Shown: positions 1-5,549 of the stretch, in pieces
Layout of the letters: every line of letters begins with the position of its first letter
Numbering within the stretch: the stretch's first letter is position 1
Source of the DNA: Thermococcus kodakarensis KOD1
GTDB taxonomy: Archaea; Methanobacteriota_B; Thermococci; Thermococcales; Thermococcaceae
Direction of reading: 5' to 3'
NCBI RefSeq assembly: GCF_000009965.1
Contig: NC_006624.1
Location: forward strand, 510,001-542,000
DNA length: 32,000 nucleotides
Position numbers and translations under genes: made by a program
The notes under the pieces: generated by a model
Seen by the model: the letters and a program-made list of their open reading frames with translations, nothing else
Database searches by the model: none
What the model was told of the DNA's origin: nothing

Positions 1-169
1 GTTTTGTACTATTCTATAACCTTTTTTATAGAGATCGTTGGGGAATTTGGGTGTTGGGGTAGCAAGGTTTAGGATGATATTCATCAACTTAGTATGTGCT
101 TTCTGGAATTTTGATAACTCTTCAAGAGTACGGATTGGGGTACCTTCATATTTAGATAGTTTAAGATAT

Positions 170-1333
170 TTATCTAATCCTGATGCCATATTGGGGCACC
201 TCGAGATAAGCTTTGGCATCATAAGTCTGTTGGATGTTTGCAAGGAGCCTTAGTGCAGTGTTCCCGCAGGAGCCCTTTGGGAGATATAATCTAGCCCACC
301 AGGGAGTAACTTCTAACGAGAAATTATCTCCATTGTGAAGGTCAGTTCCGACTATAATATACATGTCTTTTTCTACTTGTTTTGCAAAGCCCCAAATCCT
401 GAATGGCTCTTTGGGTGTTGTAATTGCTTTTGCAAAGAGATCTAAATCAGAGATTTCTTTTTTGAACTCATATACGAGTGGGATTTTCTTTTCCCAATCC
501 CATGAGGAGTAATCAATAAGAGAGTCCTCTATGTATTTCAAGTTGTTTCTATATGTGTGTACAACACTATCGATAAATTCCAAATGTTCATCGAAGGATG
601 TTCCTTTTGCTGTGAATTTACCCCAATAATACAGATCTTCTAAGACGAATTTGTCGGGGTACTCTTTCTCAACGAGTTTAATCCCAATTTTTGTTAGTCT
701 GGTCATGTATCGGAACTTCTCATGCTCTTCAACGATCTCAAGGAGATCTTTAACCAATTCACCTGAGCCATCAATTCTTAGTTTGCTAACTTTGTTCTCC
801 TTTTTTTCTTCCTCGGTGCTAAAAGCAGTCTCGTCATGTTTAATGGAGATGCTTCTAAGATAAACATCTTTAAAGGATATATGCATGAATTTCTTTAGAA
901 GCTTGTTTGATAACCATAGTTTATCTAATCTCGATTTTATTTGGCTAACAAATTTGTTATAAGCACTATCAACGTCTTGGGCCTTGTCGAGAGTGAATAC
1001 TCTCCAGAATCTCGAATCTTTGGCATCTAAGAAGAAGTGAACTTGAAGTTTTTTATCCTTATCCGTGATATCTATTCTGTATAGTAGGTAATCTTCAAGA
1101 GGTTCTACTTTAATTGAATCAAACAAGCCTCTCAGGACGTATTTGAGGAATTTTGGTGAGATATTCGACTCAATGACATACGTTTTAACAAGATTTTGGT
1201 CTGGTTCCAATTTTTGTTCTTCCAGTATCTCAGCATAACTGCGAGCCATGTTTACCTCTAACCATTCGTAGAGATCTCCACGAGTCTTAATGTCTTGCAC
1301 ATGTGTTTGCTGTCCTAATGTTTGAGGACTCAT
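170..1333 (-). CDS. Hypothetical 387-aa soluble protein, no motif recognised (cargo gene)
   Basis: Long uninterrupted ORF in AT-rich DNA. ATG is preceded by GAGTGATGA (SD-like). No TM segments and no P-loop. The antisense ORFs in the track are short. Confidence 0.75.
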   Translation of the reverse strand: MSPQTLGQQTHVQDIKTRGDLYEWLEVNMARSYAEILEEQKLEPDQNLVKTYVIESNISPKFLKYVLRGLFDSIKVEPLEDYLLYRIDITDKDKKLQVHFFLDAKDSRFWRVFTLDKAQDVDSAYNKFVSQIKSRLDKLWLSNKLLKKFMHISFKDVYLRSISIKHDETAFSTEEEKKENKVSKLRIDGSGELVKDLLEIVEEHEKFRYMTRLTKIGIKLVEKEYPDKFVLEDLYYWGKFTAKGTSFDEHLEFIDSVVHTYRNNLKYIEDSLIDYSSWDWEKKIPLVYEFKKEISDLDLFAKAITTPKEPFRIWGFAKQVEKDMYIIVGTDLHNGDNFSLEVTPWWARLYLPKGSCGNTALRLLANIQQTYDAKAYLEVPQYGIRIR

Positions 1334-1360
1334 ACTTCATCACTCTAAATCTTTGATGAT

Positions 1361-1465
1361 TCAAATCTTAATTTTTTTGGTTAATGTTAATATGTCCTTG
1401 ACTCCATTCTGCAACTTCGCTAGTGGCTCGACGACTCTGGCTTCGCTGGTGTCCTGGTCGGGCAT
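1361..1465 (-). CDS. Possible 34-aa micro-ORF (MPDQDTSEARVVEPLAKLQNGVKDILTLTKKIKI) upstream of the 387-aa gene
   Basis: ATG at 1465 is preceded by GAGGGGTGA with 4-nt spacing. The stop lies 27 nt before the 387-aa start, on the same strand. It is below the ORF-track length cutoff. Confidence 0.3.
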   Translation of the reverse strand: MPDQDTSEARVVEPLAKLQNGVKDILTLTKKIKI

Positions 1466-1520
1466 TGGCTCACCCCTCTATGTTCTATCAAAATCAGAAT
1501 ATAATGTCTCCAAACATATT

Positions 1521-1553
1521 AAAACGTTTTCCAGCGTTTGGCAACGTTTAAAA
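1521..1553. promoter_or_regulatory. Helically phased CGTTT triplet with AAAACGTTTT palindrome in a divergent promoter region
   Basis: CGTTT occurs at 1525, 1535 and 1545 (exact 10-nt spacing). A 10-bp palindrome AAAACGTTTT lies at 1521-1530. The site sits between the minus-strand micro-ORF/387-aa unit and the plus-strand 118-aa gene, next to A/T-rich TATA-like stretches. Confidence 0.4.
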
Positions 1554-1602
1554 ATTAAATCGCACAATAAAAGAGGGGAGTAACTAGAGAGGGGGTTAGT
1601 GC

Positions 1603-1959
1603 ATGCTCTCGGATGATAATAATTGGGTTAGTGGTTTTAATCCTTTCGATGAGGGTAGCAAGGAGGTCCAGCGCGAGATAGAATATAGCTTCTTCAAAAA
1701 GGCCGTTGTTGAGTTGCTACTGATCCCTCTGCTCGTGTGGTCTATAATGGTGCTCACTATAACTCCTTTCGGAGCCGATCCCAATTTTGAGTTGTCCTTT
1801 AGAAGTTTCCACGTTAAGGGATCTATGTTTGTGGTAGGGCCGTTTATAGTTATGCTGTTGTTCCTCTGTAGATTCCCAAGTGTATGGTATCAGATGTATC
1901 AGTTTAAACTCAAGTATATGGAAACGATATTAGAATCTCTTAAGCGTTCTCAAGAGTAG
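1603..1959 (+). CDS. Small membrane protein, 118 aa, two predicted TM helices
   Basis: ATG is preceded by GAGGGGGT. Two hydrophobic stretches (VVELLLIPLLVWSIMVLTI and MFVVGPFIVMLLFLC). The 3' end overlaps the convergent 184-aa gene by 30 nt. Confidence 0.55.
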   Translation: MLSDDNNWVSGFNPFDEGSKEVQREIEYSFFKKAVVELLLIPLLVWSIMVLTITPFGADPNFELSFRSFHVKGSMFVVGPFIVMLLFLCRFPSVWYQMYQFKLKYMETILESLKRSQE

Positions 1960-2484
1960 CGCAAAGCTGAGTATTCCCACAGGTACTGTCTTATAAATAT
2001 TATCTTTCTTGGTTCTAGTTAGGGCTGTTGCAGTCTTGTTCACCCACCCTGTTATTGTGAGGTACCACGAGCCTTTTTCGAGAATGTAATAGTCCCATAA
2101 TGGAATAAAGAATGGAATCCATTCCGAATGGAGGGCTATTCCAATTAAGGAGTATATGGTAATAGTTATACCCATTAAAAGGAGGGAAATCACGTTAATC
2201 TTGTTATCTACTTCACCAGCCTCTATTTTGTTAGTCACAAATTTCGAGATTATGTGCCAGTTTCTGAGCGTGAAGGCAGTATAAGCCAGTGCAAAGCCTG
2301 CAAGGGCTGTTCCTATGTAGCTCTGGAGACCGTAATAGTAGAGGATTATTATAGTTGGAAGTGAGCTGAAGAGTGCAAAAAACCAGTTAACCATAGCAAA
2401 TACAAATATTATCTGTAACCATTCCATAGAGTCTTTCCAGGTTACTTTATAAGTATCTCTTTTTGTGAAAGTTACCTCGCTCAT
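1930..2484 (-). CDS. Polytopic membrane protein, 184 aa (4-5 TM)
   Basis: Several 20-residue hydrophobic segments rich in aromatic residues. The ORF fills the interval between two intergenic regions. Confidence 0.7.
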   Translation of the reverse strand: MSEVTFTKRDTYKVTWKDSMEWLQIIFVFAMVNWFFALFSSLPTIIILYYYGLQSYIGTALAGFALAYTAFTLRNWHIISKFVTNKIEAGEVDNKINVISLLLMGITITIYSLIGIALHSEWIPFFIPLWDYYILEKGSWYLTITGWVNKTATALTRTKKDNIYKTVPVGILSFALLLRTLKRF

Positions 2485-2651
2485 ACTTCTCCCTTCGCTT
2501 GGTACTATATACGAACTCCTTAATAATTTATCTGTGGTTTAATCAGTACTATATCATTGCCTAGCCCAATAATCGTGGCGAAAGTTTAATATAGCTTCTC
2601 GTAAGAACTCTATCGCTTAAACTGGTTAAACAGCGGAGGAGGGCCCGGAGG

Positions 2652-3488
2652 ATGAGCGAGGGTAATATTCCTTCGGTTAGGGATCTTGCTAAGCCAAAGA
2701 GAGTTCCTACGATTTATCCGGAGGGTGTTCGTTTCTCTAAGAAATTGCGATTCTTTAAGACAGCATGGGTGGGTGTTGCCCTTATTATTATAGCGTTCTT
2801 TGTGATGGGGTATGCGGCCGCAATGAGCCCTAAGTATTATTGGGATCCTGTTGACCACTGGTCTAAATCTTGGACAATTGGGCCTGGAGAAGTCTGGCAC
2901 AATAGTTGGACCTTTAAGGAGCCTGCGAAGAATGAGCTCTTTGAAATTAATATTTCAGTAGCTGGAGGTAATAATGACCTCAAGGTTTATGTGGACACTC
3001 CTAAAGGTCGGATAGATTACGGGAAGCTTACTTCCCCGATTCACTTGAAGTTGAATATCACAAAGTATGGCTCTGGAGAGTATGTAGTTTATTATGACAA
3101 TAGTTTTAGTGTGATTACTTCAAAGACAGTCCACGTAGTCCAAACCGCGTATGTCCTCAAGGAGGACACCACCGATAAGGATGGCCTATACTTTTTCGCA
3201 ATCTTCTTTCTCATGATACCAGGACTGATCTTAGTTGGCGCAGGGGTGAGGAAGGTGGCGACTTTGACGGTTGATGATGATGTTATCGAGGCCAAGTTAG
3301 TCATGGGCGGTAAGCTTGAGCTGAAGGTGAACAATTACAAGCTGGACGAGCGCATAGATCATGCAGTTAAGTTCAAGGCAGGAAGGGATGAAAGTAGAAT
3401 AGTGGAAATTAAGCCAATCAGAATTAAGTGGAACGCGCTTGGGTGGGTATTTTATGTGGATGACCAGGAGGTTGGCATGCTGCCGTGA
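2652..3488 (+). CDS. Two-TM membrane protein, 278 aa, with an extracytoplasmic beta-sandwich that carries a p24/GOLD-like sequence pattern
   Basis: GCGGAGGAGGG lies upstream of the ATG. TM1 is WVGVALIIIAFFVMGYAAAM and TM2 is LYFFAIFFLMIPGLILVGAGV. Between them lie FEINISVAGGNNDLKVYVDTPKG ... GEYVVYYDNSFSVITSKTVHV. Confidence 0.75.
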   Translation: MSEGNIPSVRDLAKPKRVPTIYPEGVRFSKKLRFFKTAWVGVALIIIAFFVMGYAAAMSPKYYWDPVDHWSKSWTIGPGEVWHNSWTFKEPAKNELFEINISVAGGNNDLKVYVDTPKGRIDYGKLTSPIHLKLNITKYGSGEYVVYYDNSFSVITSKTVHVVQTAYVLKEDTTDKDGLYFFAIFFLMIPGLILVGAGVRKVATLTVDDDVIEAKLVMGGKLELKVNNYKLDERIDHAVKFKAGRDESRIVEIKPIRIKWNALGWVFYVDDQEVGMLP

Positions 3489-3494
3489 GAAACA

Positions 3495-3502
3495 TTTATA
3501 TA
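3495..3502 (+). promoter_or_regulatory. Archaeal TATA box (TTTATATA) upstream of the GC-rich island
   Basis: Consensus-like TTTATATA in a 17% G+C stretch, about 25 nt before the onset of the GC-rich segment. The surrounding near-palindromic AT sequence could also act on the other strand. Confidence 0.35.
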
Positions 3503-3520
3503 TTACATAATATATAACCC

Positions 3521-3731
3521 ATAATGAGCCCGTGAGAATGATCGGGCGATGAGCCGCACTGGCATGAAGTCCCGTTGGGGACGGAGTTGGCGGGCCCTTT
3601 GAGTGGTGGCCCCGGCAGACGCTCATGAAGCCGGGGATGCACCGTGAGAGGGTTGGCGTCCCGAGAGGGTGCGGGCGATGAGCGACCGTGCCCGATGAAG
3701 ATGAAAAGGGACGCCTTCACGGTCCTTTTCT
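3521..3731 (+). ncRNA. Candidate structured non-coding RNA of unknown family (~200 nt GC island); strand assignment is tentative
   Basis: 118/180 G+C (66%) over 3541-3720 by hand count, against 17% just upstream. There are multiple nested helices, a 12-nt perfect direct repeat, recurrent RTGAG/ATGAAG motifs, a terminal 7-bp stem followed by a T-run, and no ORF with an SD site. Confidence 0.55.
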
Positions 3732-4268
3732 CAAGAGTTCTAAAAACTCAAGGTCATTCTCCAGGTATGCGATTCTTGCAAAGTACGCAATGTTATCCAC
3801 TAAGAGCATTAGGTGTTTGTACTGTTTTGCCGTTGTCTTGCTTTCTTTTTCTTCGATCGTCTTAAGGTCGGGATACTTTCGTTTCAGGATTGAGATAATG
3901 TCCTTATCTCCAAGTATGAATTTGCAGTCGGGATAAAGCTCTTCAAAGTCGTCATAGAAACGCTGTGGAAGATCTCTATCGCGAATTTTGCCAGTGACCG
4001 AGATTCTATAAACCCTTATGAAGTGTAAATGGCTGGTAAGGTTGGTGCGCTCTCCTTTGAGAGCGGCTTTTAGCATGTCCATTTTGGCCTTCTTCGCGCT
4101 TCCATATTTCTTTGCGTGCTTGAGATTGAGTTCTCTGAATATGATCCTTTTGAGATGTCCTACTTCAGAGTCCCAAACTCCGACTAATGCTAAAACAGTA
4201 AACCCTTTTCTAGTCTCATGCTCAGTGCTCCTGTCAATTATCACGATTAAGTTCTTAAAGCGCTTCAT
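3717..4268 (-). CDS. Hypothetical 183-aa protein, weakly DUF3800-like pattern (N-terminal IVIIDRS, C-terminal LLVDNIAYFA)
   Basis: ATGA start/stop overlap with the upstream 70-aa ORF suggests translational coupling. No TM segments. The family assignment is pattern-level only. Confidence 0.7.
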   Translation of the reverse strand: MKRFKNLIVIIDRSTEHETRKGFTVLALVGVWDSEVGHLKRIIFRELNLKHAKKYGSAKKAKMDMLKAALKGERTNLTSHLHFIRVYRISVTGKIRDRDLPQRFYDDFEELYPDCKFILGDKDIISILKRKYPDLKTIEEKESKTTAKQYKHLMLLVDNIAYFARIAYLENDLEFLELLRKGP

Positions 4269-4477
4269 TCAACCACCAGCCAGCGTGGTCTTTTTCCCTC
4301 GGGAATAAGCTTGGCCAGTTCCCTGAGTTCTTCTGGAGTGAGGATGTAAACTTCCTCTGGAAGTTCAGCCTTGGACGGGATGTAGATAAGCCTTTGCTCA
4401 ACGTTATAGACTTTTCCTCTTTTCTTTTGCTTTTTGATCTGCTTTCGAACCTGAACCTTAAGCATTCTCCTCACCAT
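4265..4477 (-). CDS. Small basic protein, 70 aa (lysine/arginine-rich N-terminus), possible nucleic-acid binder
   Basis: The ATG lies about 21 nt downstream of a TATA box (leaderless geometry). N-terminus is MVRRMLKVQVRKQIKKQKKRGK. It overlaps the 183-aa gene by 4 nt. Confidence 0.6.
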   Translation of the reverse strand: MVRRMLKVQVRKQIKKQKKRGKVYNVEQRLIYIPSKAELPEEVYILTPEELRELAKLIPEGKRPRWLVVE

Positions 4478-4479
4478 TA

Positions 4480-4518
4480 TACGGTAGAAGGCTTTGCCTT
4501 ATAAACTTTTCTACCGTA
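4480..4518 (-). promoter_or_regulatory. Promoter enclosed by a perfect 10-bp inverted repeat (operator-like)
   Basis: TACGGTAGAA (4480-4489) and TTCTACCGTA (4509-4518) flank a 19-nt spacer. On the minus strand the spacer reads AAGTTTATAAGG (TATA at 4498-4505). The left arm ends 2 nt before the ATG of the 70-aa gene. Confidence 0.5.
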
Positions 4519-4530
4519 GAAAAGAAAAAG
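4519..4530 (-). terminator. Oligo-T terminator candidate ending the long minus-strand operon
   Basis: The minus strand reads CTTTTTCTTTTC, 13 nt after the TAA of the 101-aa gene and just before the inverted-repeat promoter. Confidence 0.45.
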
Positions 4531-4542
4531 GCGGCTGAGGTG

Positions 4543-4848
4543 TTATTCTTTCTCCCTGCAGTCCACTCCTATTAGTTCACATGCAATACTATTCAGTATC
4601 ATCAATTGTTCAAGGTCGTCGAGGATCTCATTGATCAGGATCCTGTCCTCTTTCTTGGGAGCATCGAGGTAAAGAATGCGGAGGCGCCGGACTATTGCAG
4701 TGATTAACTTTTTGTTCAGCTCCTTTTTAGGCAACCTTCCGGGCCTGCTGTTGCTACCCTTGTCTTTTCTATTTTCTTCCGGTTTTTGTTCCTCCTCGGA
4801 GAGTAGGCTGTCAAGTTCGTCGTTTACTACTGTGTAGGCCTCAGCCAA
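4543..4848 (-). CDS. Hypothetical 101-aa protein (acidic N-terminus, helical C-terminus), TTG start
   Basis: The TTG lies 1 nt after the stop of the upstream gene and is preceded by GGAGGGT. There is no internal Met before residue ~83. Confidence 0.5.
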   Translation of the reverse strand: MAEAYTVVNDELDSLLSEEEQKPEENRKDKGSNSRPGRLPKKELNKKLITAIVRRLRILYLDAPKKEDRILINEILDDLEQLMILNSIACELIGVDCREKE

Positions 4849-4849
4849 G

Positions 4850-5539
4850 TTAGACCCTCCAGCGCTTGAATGGGTTGTCTTCGAAGGCCACTTCTATGCC
4901 GCCGAATTTCTCTTCTTTTGTTCCCTCATCAGGGTTCTGTTGTTTAGTGCTCATGTAGGTCTTTATTCTCGGATTCATCTTCATGGCGTCTTCGACGACT
5001 TCTGGCACGCGGTAGCGGAGGATCGTAATAAGGTCCCAAAGCATGTCATTTTCCTTCTTGAGGGCTAGATAGAGTTTGGCGTCAGTTTCATCCAGGGCAA
5101 GTGGGATTGCTTCGTATTCGTAGTATTCGTTCATGATGAAGGCACTGGCTAGAATTGTTATCGTCTCGTCGCCGAAATAAGCGATTTTCTTGGGGACGCG
5201 AATTATGGCCGTTGGCGGGCTTTTACCCACGATCCTCAAGAGGCTATGGACTAGACTGTCGAGCCAGCTCGGAGGTCTGACTTGGTAGAGGATTACATAG
5301 TCATTGAGGTCCTCGCGAAGGCCAATGGGATAGCCGATTACTCGGCTCTCTTTCCCATTGAACCAAATAATGACGTTCTGCTTTGGCTCATAGACTTGGG
5401 CGAACTTATAGTTGAGTTCTCGGAGCTTTCTAGCGTGCTCTTGGATGCGTGCATCTGGAACTATTGGGATGGTATCAACTCTATCGGGGTAAACTTTTGT
5501 CTGCGAGGATTTCTCCTTCTTTTTCCCAAATCCGAACAT
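4850..5539 (-). CDS. Hypothetical 229-aa soluble protein of the element core
   Basis: I prefer ATG 5539 (MFGFGKKK...), preceded by GAGGTGAGAAGA, over the track start at 5602, which overlaps the ATPase gene by 53 nt. Confidence 0.75.
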   Translation of the reverse strand: MFGFGKKKEKSSQTKVYPDRVDTIPIVPDARIQEHARKLRELNYKFAQVYEPKQNVIIWFNGKESRVIGYPIGLREDLNDYVILYQVRPPSWLDSLVHSLLRIVGKSPPTAIIRVPKKIAYFGDETITILASAFIMNEYYEYEAIPLALDETDAKLYLALKKENDMLWDLITILRYRVPEVVEDAMKMNPRIKTYMSTKQQNPDEGTKEEKFGGIEVAFEDNPFKRWRV

Positions 5540-5549
5540 TCTTCTCACC

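Noticed and set aside
1-84. A partial minus-strand ORF (MNIILNLATPTPKFPNDLYKKGYRIVQN...) running off the left edge.
   Set aside because: Only 28 codons are visible, with no SD and no recognisable motif. This is not enough evidence to call a gene.
1353-1583. A 76-aa plus-strand ORF in the 1334-1602 intergenic region.
   Set aside because: It has no SD and spans the divergent promoter region and the phased CGTTT array. Its Ser/Leu/Val/Lys-rich product shows no recognisable features.
3548-3590. Resemblance of GAGCCGCAC...ATGAAGTC to group II intron domain V.
   Set aside because: The required local 3' partner strand (..CGGYTC) is absent, since GAGCCGCAC pairs only with a segment 110 nt away. There is no reverse transcriptase or maturase ORF and no other intron domains.
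3521-3731. Box C/D sRNA interpretation of the GATGAG / GATGAAGATGAA motifs.
   Set aside because: No CTGA (box D or D') occurs anywhere in the island. The length (~200 nt) and multi-helix complementarity do not fit the 50-70-nt archaeal C/D sRNA layout.
3297-3936. Four track ORFs (109, 74, 73 and 82 aa) crossing the GC-rich island.
   Set aside because: They overlap one another in different frames and strands and lack SD sites. They have Arg/Gly/Pro/Ser-rich compositions typical of random frames in GC-rich DNA, and partly overlap the well-supported 278-aa and 183-aa genes. The island is better explained as RNA.
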